In this document: piece after piece, positions 38,972 to 50,686 of the stretch
Numbering within the stretch: position 1 is the stretch's first letter
Layout: each line of letters begins with the position of its first letter
Assembly: GCF_037042905.1 (NCBI RefSeq)
Contig: NC_087245.1
Span: forward strand, 18,292,001-18,356,000
DNA from: Lytechinus pictus
Taxonomy: Eukaryota
Direction: 5' to 3'
DNA: 64,000 nt
Made by a program: the position numbers and the translations under genes
The notes under the pieces: generated by a model
What the model was told of the DNA's origin: nothing
Database searches by the model: none
What the model saw: only the letters and a program-made list of their open reading frames with translations

Positions 38972-39900
38972 ATGGCGAATCAAGAAATTAACCTCGGGTT
39001 ATGCCACAAATTAAAGGCAGTTTTCAGAAAATTTTACTCAATAATCTGGAGTCTCTTCGCCTTCTTGTAAGCAATGCTACAAAGGAAGCATTGGCTCGTT
39101 TAAAGATTGGGCTGGCTGTTTGATTATGTTGATTCTCGATACATTGCCCGGGTCAGCGGAGCTTCTACAACTAAAAAAGGGCGTCGGAGATGTCTTTCGA
39201 AAGGTAATAAGGTTCAATATGAATATAATTCTAGAGGCCAGGAGGAGTTGGATAAGAAATTTGCCTTATTAGAGTAAGGTAAGCAGCGGGCGCAGCCCTT
39301 GCTTTGCTGAAGTAAGGTATTGCAGATATAATTAAAAGGAAGAAACATATCAGAAAAGCAGATGAATCTGAAGCAGGTTAGTGAGATAAAGATGAATGAA
39401 AATTCCAAACTAAGCTATTGCTTTTGAAATTTATGAACGGTTGTACATAATAGATATGGCCTTATGTTGTTAATGGAAGCTGTTCGTTTTTCAGCGGAAT
39501 TACTTTATGACTTAATTATGGGAGATTAATCAAATAAATATATAGAGATCATTTTTATATTTTAGGTTGGTCCGCATTGGATGAATACTGATGAGGGAGA
39601 AAAGAATGAGGCAAGCTCAGGCTTGTGTAAATAGAAAGCGTAAGTTATTTCGTTCAACAAACAAAGGTTATATTGGGCAAGAATGTTGGAAATTTTCAAG
39701 GTTCTTCTACTACTTCCGACAACTTATATTCGTATACCCTTTGGGTCAAGAAATCGATATTCGCTTGGCAGTGTCGCCAACTTATATGTACAAAATAGTT
39801 GGCGCGGGTATGCAAGTTGCCTCAGACCACCGACGAACGTTTTGCCTGTGGTAGACATGGGCACTGGAGAAGTTGCCCAGGTATCAGGAAGCAAGATCCC
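38972..39900 (+). pseudogene. Decayed gag-like ORF of the YR retrotransposon, with a GT-AG intron at 39377-39565
   Basis: Motifs KGNKVQYEYN, RKKHIRKADESEA|GWSALDEY across the intron, and a degenerate zinc knuckle RFACGRHGHWRSCP (~39838-39879). Contains stops and frameshifts. Confidence 0.75.
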
Positions 39901-40379
39901 AGCAAGATTCATCCTTCAGAGATAACAATGCTCAACAGAGTTAAATGATCCATTGATCATGGTCTGAGCAAGGTAAATGTCAGTTTTGTTCTGTATTTGA
40001 CGAAGTGTGGTATTTGAGAACTGAAGAGTAGAATGATCAGAAGGGCGTAGCAAAGGAATCTATTCTTGATTCTACCTAGTCCATAATTATATGTTAAGAA
40101 AAGATGTGTTATTTTGGTTGAATTCCACCTCTTACTAATGAACCTAGACATAGATATGACACAGATCAAACAATCTGGAATATATTGACTACTCCTGGTC
40201 CGTCAGCGGGCCCTTCTAAATTAAGAAATATAGAAACAGAGCATTGTTGAATTTGTTTCGGTTGGGAAACATCGAGTAACGTTAGTGTTGATTCGACAAG
40301 ATGTGCAGGGTAGGAGGAAGAATTTTATTTGAGAAATTATGAGTATGATCAATGAAATTCAGAACCTTTGGTTAAAGGT

Positions 40380-41790
40380 AGATTGAATGCTTCCTTACAA
40401 TTTGGAAATCAACTGATGCATCTCAATTTGTTGTAGATGTCAATGAACATGGTTACAAATTACCTTACAATAAGATGATAAGTCAGCATTGACATCGATC
40501 CCGATTTCGTTTATGAAGCCATTAACGAATTATTATTAAAAAGGGTTTGGTTGTTGAATCCACCACTACACCCCATGATGTTACCCCCTTTCAGATTCAA
40601 TTCAGAGTTCAGATATAAAAAGAGACTGATTCTTGGTTAACGTTATGTCAACTAACACTTGTGGAAGAACACTATTATACTTGAAGACTGGAATGTAGTC
40701 ATGTCTTATTTAAAACAGGGAGATTTTATGCTTTCCTTTGAACTTAAGCAAGGTTATCATCATTATTACATTTTTCAAGTGCATGAAAAATTGTAGGCTT
40801 TAGTTGGGAATTTGGTAGTGGTACAAGGTTTTTCTCCTTTTAGGTGTTGTCATTGGGTTGGCAACAGCTACCTTTGTTTTCATTACACGATTTAAGCCTA
40901 TCGTTAATCATTGGCGTATAGAAATGGTATTTTCATTTTTTTTTTATATAGATGATTGGGTCGTGCTGCTTCCTTTGATTCGTATGATACTATGGTCAAG
41001 ACGGTGAAAAATGACTTACTTGAAGCAGGTTTGATACCACATGTTGAGAAATATCTCAATGGACTCCTGTCCAGTGTTTGGATTGGTTAGGAATACCACG
41101 GGAAAGCAGAGTAGCTTATATAAAGATTACTGAAAGAAGGATGAAGGATCTTGAGTTATGTTCAGATTCATTTCAAGCAGAATTGCCTGAGGTTTCAGAA
41201 CGAAAGATCGTAGTTATAGTTGGAAAGATACATTGTATCCAGTGTTTGGCACAGTTACTCAAATTAAAACCAGATTTATGCATCACGAAATCATCCGGAG
41301 GGTACATTGGGATAGGACATAATGTGATCAATAGTGATGAATTAATATTCGTGTTCTTCTTCTGGAGAAGAATTTGCATATTCTTAACGTAAACATTATT
41401 TCTGCTTATTAAGTTCCACAGACTTTCATCTATTCTGATGCAAGTCCATCAGGCTGCGGGGCCTGGGTTTCTGAGTGCGCAGGCATGAAATGGGATGAGA
41501 TTGGTTTGAGTTTGAAATGGTTAAAAACTCCACTTGGAGAGAACTCAAGTCAGTAAGTATGACACTGCAAACAGTTGTATCTCACATGAGACATAAAACT
41601 GTTAAGGTCCTCTGTGATAATAAAGGAGTAGGATCGATTGTAAATAAAGGAAGTATGATTGCAGAATTGCATGAGATGAGTTTACACATCTTTGAGTTGT
41701 GTAAAAGAAACAACATTAGTCTTCACGTTCATTGGGCTCCCAGAGAGGAGAACCGTTTTGCAGATGCACTAAGTCGCATGATAGATTTTG
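40380..41790 (+). pseudogene. Decayed reverse transcriptase / RNase H
   Basis: FMLSFELKQGYHH (~40725-40763), YIDD (40945-40956), YSDAS (41431), NSTWRELKSV, CDNKGV, WAPREENRFADALSR. Many frameshifts. Confidence 0.88.
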
Positions 41791-42180
41791 ATGATTGGGG
41801 TGTATCAGATGAATTTGTCGGATTTTTGGACAAAATCTGGGGCCCTCACACTGTGGACAGACTTGCGGACGATTTTAATTTCAAAATTAAGAGGTTCAAT
41901 TCTAAATATTGGTGTCCCCTAATAGATCATGTTGATCCCTTCTCATGTGATTGGTCGGGCGAGAATAATTGGTTGGTTCCACCTATCGAATGTATAGCAT
42001 GTATAGGGCAAGTACTTAAGCATCTGAATGTTTTGTTCTGCTAGGGGGACTTTGGTTGTTCCCTTCTGGCCGTCTGCACCCTTCTGGCCGATTCTTTTCT
42101 CTGAACAAAGTGATTTTCGTTCCTTATTCTCTGAATACTTCAAAATTGATAATCCTCAAGGAATTTTCGTTCAAGGCAGA
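41791..42180 (+). pseudogene. DIRS-type DNA N6-adenine methyltransferase-like domain
   Basis: DWGVS...WGPHTVDRLADDFNFKIKRFNSKYWCP...DWSGENNWLVPP, then frameshifted GTLVVPFWPSAPFWP. Confidence 0.8.
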
Positions 42181-42924
42181 AATAATAATAAAAAAAAAAA
42201 TAATAATAATAAAAACGGTTTGTGAGAGATGGCTGACATGAATGCTGGTATGTAATAAATCCATTTGATGGAGGTTAATTCAAAATTATACTGTTGGAAT
42301 GCAACATGTAATTTTTACACGGCCGCATGGCAGATAGCTGCATAGCTAGGATCCACTTATGCTGCAGAGCAAAGAAGTGGTGATGGAAATTGGAGAATGT
42401 TATGATTATGTAAAAGGATAACCATCGTAAAGGTTGATAAGGAATTGATATGAGATTTCATTCTCAAATTAGTTATAATTTACTGGCGGCGGAGCTCAGA
42501 ATGAAGAAATTGGTGATGATTGAAAACATTCAAAGTCTCAAAATTACAGAATTCTTGTGAATGAAATGTTTCAGAAAGTTTTTTGCAAGTGTTTTAAGGC
42601 AAAAATAAATATTTTCGCAAAGGAAATGAATCCCAAAGCTATTGTTTTGCTAAGCCTTCAAGACGATTGAAACGAATTATGATATGGAATTGTGATCTAA
42701 TGAATTTCATACTGAAATTTTAGTGAAAATATAAAACCACCTGGTTTGAGGATAGCTGCATAGTTAATGTTTAATTTTGCTGTCATGGCTGTAAAACGTA
42801 TTAGAAGTGATTAAATTTTGAATGAAGAATGACTGAACTTGAGAATTTATCACAATTTGAATATATTGTGTTGAGATAAATATATACCAGCTTATAAGTT
42901 TTGTTTAATTTTTCTTAAATCCAG

Positions 42925-43904
42925 AAATTCTCTTCATGAAGGATATGATATAACTTTGAACAAGGTCTTGACAGCTTCGAGAGCTGATAACACTATGAGT
43001 AAATACAACAGAGCGTTGAATACCTGGAGAGATTAGTGTAAGCAAAATAAAGTAAATTCTGACACAGCAGAACCAGAAGATATTAGTCGCTATCTTATTC
43101 ATTTGTATCAAAGAGAAGCTCCTTATTCGAGGATAGAATCGGCTTTTTACGCCATTAAGTGGCATTTTGACTGCAAGCCAAGGATGAATTCATGTTAATC
43201 CCTGTGATCGCAAGTTCAAACATATTGTTTTACAATGTTAAAAAAAAAAAAAAATTACTAAACAAACCGATCGTTAAGAAAGAAGTTATAACCCCAGACA
43301 TTTTGAAAGCAGTTGTTGAGAAGTATGGATCTTCAACGAGTCTATTAGATATTCGATTATGTGCTATGATTTTGATTTCCTACGCAGGCATTCTACGATT
43401 TGATGAAATGATACATATTCGTAAATGTGATTTAGACTTGTATTTGTCTCATGTGAATACTTTCATCATGAAAAGTAAAACCGATATTTACAGGCAAGGA
43501 GCATGGGTTCTTATAGGTGCTACAAATTCCCCACCTGCCCCGTATTAGCTTTGAGGAAATATTTGATTGCAGCGGGGCTTAACGATGCCTCTGATGAAGT
43601 ATTTCTTTTTAGGCCTCTAAATTACTGTAAATCCAGTAATAGTTACAAGTTAAGACGTGGACAGTTGTCTTATACTAGATGTTTAGAATTATTGAGAGAG
43701 GCGTTGGCGAAAGTAGGGTTGAATCCAAAGAGTTTTGGCATGCATAGCCTCCGAAGTGGCGGAGCCACAGCAGCAGCGAACTTTGGTGTTCCAGACAGGT
43801 TGTTTAAGAAACATGGTAGGTGGAGGTCGGAGACTGCTAAGGATGGATATATTAAAGACAATATGAAGGATTGTCTTTCAATTTATATGAATTTGGGGCT
43901 TTAG
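42925..43904 (+). pseudogene. Tyrosine recombinase, frameshifted
   Basis: Catalytic motifs ILRFDE, KSKTD, HSLRSGGATAA and KHGRWRSETAKDGY, split over ORFs 43192-43548 and 43503-43904. Confidence 0.92.
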
Positions 43905-44125
43905 AATTATTTTTATACCGGGTAAATTAGCCTCAGCCTAGTATGATTATACGTATAACTTTGTTAAAGATGGATTGTAGGCGTTCGATGAGATTGTTGA
44001 ATGAGACATGTATTATTATCATTATACATTTAAAGTTGGTTAAATTGAAATGATTGCGTCGTGTAACTCATTTTCTTGTTTACCCGTTCTTTGATTGACT
44101 GAGAGGGGGAGCTATAAGTTTAGCT

Positions 44126-44294
44126 TGTCTTGCCGTCGAAGCTTGGTGCTCCCCTCGAAACAGGTATGTTTTTTGGAAAGTATATAAATGTTTTCTATTT
44201 CAGGTGTTGATGTTGTTGCACTGGTTGTGCTTAAGGATAGTGAGGCGTGACTGAAAATAATTTATTCACGATTGAGAGTCGAATTAGGGAATAA
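44126..44294 (+). repeat. Split direct repeat B1 (169 bp)
   Basis: Identical by eye to B2 at 44585-44753; overlaps A2 by ATAA. Confidence 0.95.
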
Positions 44295-44422
44295 ATACAT
44301 TTTCTTTTCTTAGCAGAAGTATCCGATTAGCATAACAATGCTTGCGTGAGGAGTGTCTGAATTCCTAAACGATTCGGAATTCACTGACCGAGTTCGACAC
44401 AGCACAGTACGGACGTCTTATT
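44291..44422 (+). repeat. Split direct repeat A2
   Basis: Copy of 38758-38889. Confidence 0.95.
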
Positions 44423-44584
44423 CGGGATGGATATGTGGACGATTGACTGGATGCAAGAAGATAGAGCAAAGAGAATTCTGATGGATGAATAGGCCTTACA
44501 GCATGTACAGTACATTGATGAGTTCTTCGAGATCTGAACTCAGAGGGAGGCCTCAGTACATTCGTCAGTAAGTACCGTTCGTGC

Positions 44585-44753
44585 TGTCTTGCCGTCGAAG
44601 CTTGGTGCTCCCCTCGAAACAGGTATGTTTTTTGGAAAGTATATAAATGTTTTCTATTTCAGGTGTTGATGTTGTTGCACTGGTTGTGCTTAAGGATAGT
44701 GAGGCGTGACTGAAAATAATTTATTCACGATTGAGAGTCGAATTAGGGAATAA
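44585..44753 (+). repeat. Split direct repeat B2 (element 3' end)
   Basis: Copy of 44126-44294. Confidence 0.95.
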
Positions 44754-46214
44754 GAAAGGTCTCGAACATTCAAACAGTAGAAGCACATCAGTAATAGTAG
44801 AAGTAAAGGCCAAGACATGAGTCTCACAATGTCTGTCTATCAACCTGACACCATCAATCTAATATTGAATAGGCCTCTTCTTGTTATTAATGGATATTAA
44901 AGACCCTTTTCCCCCTTTTGAGTTTATTTCACCTATCTTTAAAAAAATTGAGATGAATAAATAGAGAAAATCAAACCAAATGTCATCAAAATCGGAAGTA
45001 GAAGTATTTATGATATATTTAAATTTCGCCTAGTTTCACAAAGCAATGCTTTGCACATCATAAACGATATATGGACGTAGGGGACCCGATGCTGTTACAC
45101 ACTGTATCCTTTGTATGTTTTATTACCTTTATCAAATATTTCATTTTTCCTCAAATTATGCAGTCCTAAAACCTGCAGAATCTTCATTTTATTATTCATT
45201 GTAAATGATTGGAGAGTTTATCTCTATATCACCTAAGCTAAAAATCAAGTTTATTACATGAACTATTGTAAAATACAAGCGAAAATCGAGTGTGTCACAT
45301 CATTGGCCTCCACATCTGCGTACATCACTGGGTATTTTAAACCTTTTATAATCTAACATTCTATTTTGATGAAACTTTCAGTGTTATGTCTTTTTTTCTG
45401 GTTTTCTATTCAAGTTTATTTATTTTTGTTGACGTGGACGCGGCCTTTAAACAGCCTACCGTATTACATCTCACTTGCCTTTCAGTGCGTGAAGCGAGTA
45501 GGATCATCACGTTTAAACGAGGAGCTTTAGAGGTTAAGTTCAAACCCAGCATACCAGGCGTGCCTGTATCATCACGTCCGTTGAGAACAACTCGGCACTG
45601 ATACCATAACCATATGTTGTATGCAATACGTCTTCATTCCAAATCCACCATGTGATGTTATGTGGGAGGACGGCTTAGGGGAGGTGGATCCCTCTCACTT
45701 CAAATCCCAAAGTAAGCAATGCATATTGAAATTAAATATATATTGTTTTTTTTCTCTGAAAAAATACAAGACATTTCATAGTAGAATGAAAGAACAGATG
45801 AGTTTATATTCACCCAGATTATTTTTTTAATGAACAAATGAACTCTAGCATAGCATACAGACATTGATACATTACAAAATAACCGAACAGATTTAGGATC
45901 CGAGGAACTGGTATATACCATGGACCTACTACGTCCATGTATATACATACGGCATTGTTACTGGAGATTAAAACCTTGATTTTGACAAACCCCATTTGAT
46001 CAGCTACATTGAGATCGGAAGTGGTGCGGCGAATGGTGATGTCGCCCTTCATCGTTATAAACATTGTGCTAAAATTATGAAAATACATCCTTACATGATA
46101 TACACCATGTGTGAGAATCCAGTTTTTGAAAATGTTTAATCCCCTATCACATAGTTTGTTCATAGGATCACGACTTCGTACGAATTTGCTTGTTTGGTTG
46201 ATCCTTTGTGGAGG

Positions 46215-46500
46215 TACTGTTCTGGATCTGGATGTAATACAGTGCAGGACCGTTAGGTATAATGTACCGGGTTAGGAGAGGGCGCAAATGAGTTTAGTCA
46301 AAACGTAGGTGGCTTTCTTCGATCTTTGCTTTAAACACCTCTGGTGATGTACTGCTGACAACTTCGTTAGGGAGTTGATTCCAGGCCAACGTTGTATTCA
46401 CAAAAAAAAAGAATTTCTTAACTGCTATATGTTACAATGTCTTATTGAAAAACATTTGGAGTTATTTGTTACTTGTCTCTCTACCACATTAGTAGCATCA
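46215..46500 (-). mobile_element. LINE (CR1-group) 3' fragment
   Basis: Translates to RNSFF..VNTTLAWNQLPNEVVSSTSPEVFKAKI (ORF2 C-terminus), followed by an ATCCAG-repeat tail. Confidence 0.7.
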
Positions 46501-47848
46501 AAGTTTACAAAGAGAAATACTGTCACAACGAGACACTGAACATTGACGTTAACCGTTGAATGTTTAAGAAGTTAGAGAGAATCGAGAAAGAAAGTATTCT
46601 AACATACAATCAGGTCAAAGTCATGACCCCGTTTACGTATTGGAGGGGACTGGCCTCAGTGGCCTGTCCAGATGATACTTACATTCAAAGTGGAACGATG
46701 GACACCATGTCCATCGGTACATCAAATCTGTAGTTTCCTCTAGTAAAATTTACGTTTTTTATGGACAAACTCAAAACACTTAACGAAATGCGAACGTAGA
46801 TGACGTAAATATTTTCTTTATGCTGAATGAACACCAAATAAAAAAACAAGAACAACAAATACTTTAAGTAGTAGGCATAGTTTCTTTACTGTGTAGCTCT
46901 CAGGAAGGAAATCTCACGTTTTCGAGACAAGACCTAGGCAAATGGCTCTAACACTCCCACCCACACCCCACCCCCACATCAACGCTGTTGACACGCACAC
47001 ACAACTTATTCCTCTTCCCCTACACGAACATTTTTTGACTATTTGTGACAAATAAAGGTAATGTTGCCAATAATCGGTACCGTGTCCATTACTTCATTTA
47101 CTTGATCTACTTTGACGATAATTTTTGTTCCGATGAGCGATAATCAAACTCACTGGCATTAAGTGTTATCACAAATGACATTGACATTTCGACTATCACT
47201 TTCCACATCCGACGAGCTGGTTTCGCTCGGTTGTGTAGAGTTTTTAATCAGGACGTTCGGCAACACAATAATTGGGGTCCATATATCAATGTAATTAGAA
47301 TAATTACTCTGAAAAAAAAACAGAAAGACGGCTTTTTTGGTATTATTACTCGTTTTTCAAATACGACTTCCCCGATCATCAGAATCCACTGATAAGTGTT
47401 TTTACTTTTGTCCACCCTTTTGGGAGCATCCTTGCAAAAGAACAATCCTTTGCTAGGAATACTGTATTGGCTATGGCCTTTGTACAGAGATTGTGGCATT
47501 GCAAAAGGACGCTTGTGTTTCCATTGGATTCAGACACAAGCCCTATCGATCATGGCGAAAGTCATAACCACCACATTCCGACGCTTCCTATGTTGAAAAC
47601 GATTGAAATGTGAAATCATCCAAATTTCGTTTATCAGAAGTACTTTAAAAGTGATCATCTTATTTTGAAGAAATAAGTCATGAACACTGGGTAATGTTGA
47701 GGTACAGAATGTCCAGTAGTATAAAGGCAAACAAAAAAAATACAATATATACTGAAATAGATTCGAATAGTTGATTCAAAGAAAAAAATGGTAGAAAAAA
47801 AAAGAAGAATTGGGCTCGTAGCTTTTAATGGATAATTGGAATACTTAC

Positions 47849-47921
47849 CCAGTGATATCAACAGAAGCAAGCCAAAAATATAAATCCATATTGGAAAGCG
47901 TAGGAATATGAGGAAATCCAT
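47849..47921 (-). CDS. Coding exon 1 (signal peptide) of a secreted or membrane Sushi/CCP-domain protein
   Basis: ATG at 47921 reads MDFLIFLRFPIWIYIFGLLLLISL, then a G|GTAAGT donor in phase 1. It joins in frame to exon 8760-8858, giving ...LLISLEVSSQSG, a plausible signal cleavage site. Confidence 0.7.
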
Positions 47922-48279
47922 CTCAAAATCAGCTGATATTCTAAACAATCACAGAGGACAAAAATACTTTGGTATTCTCTTAAACGCTATTGTCGGCAAA
48001 TTAGGTGAACTTTTCACCTAAAATAAAATCCAAATACAACACGTTCAGTCGTTCGGTTTCTGAAATTGTCGCTAACGGTCACATTTTCTCCCCATCGATT
48101 TGTCTCATAACTTCCATGTCAATACGTTATCACAGGAAAACAAGAGGAGGACACATCAAGCAAATTGCCAGACTGGTCGAGAAAGGAAAAAGATCGAGAT
48201 CAAGAGCACCGGCTGGATATGCACTATGTAATAGACATGATAAGGCGTTAAAGAGTCTCAACAACTTTCCCTCCACCAA

Positions 48280-48420
48280 ACTTTCACGCGCTCGTGCCAG
48301 TCGTGTGTCGTCTATCGTAGGATTGTGCAACTGCTAATCCGCAGAATAATACGGTGCTGCCTTATTGGCCCGTAAGTTAATAACTCGCGCGTGCGTGCAA
48401 AAGTTCCACTTCCGTTTAAA
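48280..48420 (-). promoter_or_regulatory. Candidate promoter of the Sushi-domain gene
   Basis: CpG-enriched patch ~400 bp upstream of the ATG, with a minus-strand GGCCAATAAG (CCAAT box, ~48362-48371) and a CGCGCGTGCG tract. TSS not determinable. Confidence 0.3.
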
Positions 48421-49693
48421 GTTCAATCTCTTTACCGACTTTCATGGCATCATTGCATGGAGCTTCGGGAGCCTGCTTTTATATTAAAGTTTCTTACTTT
48501 TGCAACCAAGGAGCTCCTTAATGCAATTTTTATGACCCAGAAGTAAAGGCAGGTTACTGAGTTAATGAGAAAAAAAACTGTATTAAAACGAACATTCGAA
48601 ATGCAATCCCTCATGTATATAAGCAACTAGGGTTCCTGAAAGCTACTCTCATTTTACCCAAATGCTTCATACGTCAAAATCTAATGACGGGAAAAGTAGA
48701 GGAAATATAAGTCGGACATCGGTGTGATAAAGCATGCTTGTTCATATATCTCACCGAGTCGCAAGGGCAGGCTTCGTCTGGACTTTGGAAATTGAAATTT
48801 ATCATGTTTGTCCCAACAGGGCTGGATAAATTGCAATGATGTTATTTGATTCAGGATACTTGGTGCGTTCGAGTCTACAGCCAGTGCTGTCTAGCCGTTG
48901 GGAGGGAGAAGGCCAAGAGTTTATATGATTACTTTTTATTGTTAACGTATGGAAGCTGGTTTTCTTAACACATTGGGCAGAGCAAATATTAGTGTCTGAT
49001 AGAAATGTGATAAGGATAGTAATTTCAAAAGAAATACCATTATTTTTTAGTGTAAATGAAAGTTGAGTAACACAGAGATGCGTATATGAAATGAATGATA
49101 ACATTTCTGCCCTTCAGGAAAGTAAAAAAGGGGGAAAGCGCACTATTCCACCTCCACCCCTTTCTTTCGGCATCCCTTGATGAAATTACCTCTCTATTGC
49201 TCTATTAAATGTTTAGGGTAAGTTGAAATGTAGCTGAGAATCACTACAGTTTAGCATTCAGAATTCAAATCGGATTTTGATGAGACTTTCGGTGTTGTAA
49301 TCCGGAGAAGCAAATGTCTTTGTTATCTCCATGATTAAATTTGATGTTGGAATCGACTTGGCTTTTATATGTATACAATGTTGAAACTAACTTAAAATCA
49401 AAGTGGGAGCTTTTCAGGTATTTCATTATGAACTGTTTCCCCTTGGAATCGGGGAGTGACCCTGCAAGAGAAACACCATCTCTGTGTCTGGTCATAGATT
49501 CCCATTTTCCCATCAGTCTAGCCACTTTCCAAACCATTTCCTATCGACGATGTGTTATTATTCACAAAATGTCATCGAACAAACACTTTGCAATACATGT
49601 AGTTTCCTGGATTTGTTTCACAATGATCTCTTGTCAATGTGTAATCGATGCAGTACCATTTTCAAAACCATTTTCAGAACCTTGGTGGCGTAA

Positions 49694-50109
49694 AGGCCAC
49701 CGCACACCTTACGATTGATCTGCGACCTTATTTTGGATTAAAATGTAGTAGAATTTGCTGCTGATATTAAAACATGAACTATCTTACGGTGTAATGTTCT
49801 TGGTACCTATGTTCAAATATGTGACTATGCTATCTTTCTTATAAGAATAAAAGCGAATTTAATATCAAGTTGTAATGACGTCATCGATTGGCTACGATTT
49901 GAAACTAATTTGGCCTTTACTCCAAAGTAAAAGAGTGCAATCGTCCGAAATTATTATACTAGTATTGATTCAGTTAATCAAATAAACGATACTTTTATTC
50001 ATATTTAAAGAAAATGAGCAAAATTCGATTTGTTCCAAAATCGGATCGTGGACCACTGATCTGAATTCAGATCAGTGTCGTGGACCAGTCGTAAGGTGTG
50101 CAGTGGCCT
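49694..50109. mobile_element. PIF/Harbinger MITE, copy 2 (opposite orientation)
   Basis: Same TIRs, TSD TAA; interior is the reverse complement of 319-636. Confidence 0.85.
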
Positions 50110-50594
50110 TAATCAGACAAATATTCTGAGGCGCCACAAGTTTGCGTATGTGAAAAGATAAACATTTAAAAAAGTCGTGAGCGAGCGAAAATTTTCGCCT
50201 TTTAAACATGAATTTATACTTTTGAGATAACTTTTTACCTAATGATCAACATTGTGATATATTTATGATCTTTCCTTTCCCTTTTTCTTCTTTTTTCTCC
50301 TAATTATTATTGTTTTCTTGGTGTTGGAACTTGGAGCGCCAGAGGCCCCAAGTCGCCCTATAAATTGATAAATAATGTGAATGTTACCTACAACCCATAC
50401 GCCCCCAAAATAATAGATAAATGACAAGCATTAAAAATGGTAGGAAACAAGGAAATAAGGCTCTGAAATGTTTTTCACTCATCCTGTCATCATGGTCATG
50501 ATCCTGGTGACGAATTCTACATTATCAACCCACTCCCTGGACTCATTGTGAGGGAATGTGTAATGGATGGAGATGGAGGTATATAGAAATGTAT

Positions 50595-50686
50595 ACACAT
50601 GTGTGTGTACCTGTGTATGGGTAGGGGTGTAAGGTCGTGTGTGTGAGAGGGTATGGGTATGTGGGTGTGTGTGTGTGTGTGTGTGT
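50595..50686. repeat. (GT)n-rich microsatellite
   Basis: Direct reading. Confidence 0.85.

Larger units (their letters stand above)
38758..44753 (+). mobile_element. Full-length PAT-like (DIRS order) tyrosine-recombinase retrotransposon with split direct repeats; ORFs decayed
   Basis: Order is A1-gag-RT/RNaseH-methyltransferase-YR-B1-A2-spacer-B2. ATAA occurs at both element ends and at the B1/A2 junction. Split direct repeats together with an MT domain favour PAT-like over Ngaro. Confidence 0.92.

Noticed and set aside
44099..44175. Type I hammerhead (CTGAGA...GCTCCCCTC-GAAAC...GTT)
   Set aside because: Lacks the N7 base, stem I does not pair convincingly, and the 5' half lies outside repeat B, so it is absent at B2.
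38758..44753. Ngaro or LTR classification
   Set aside because: The A...BAB repeat layout with YR and no integrase excludes LTR. The methyltransferase domain argues against Ngaro; an RT phylogeny would be decisive.
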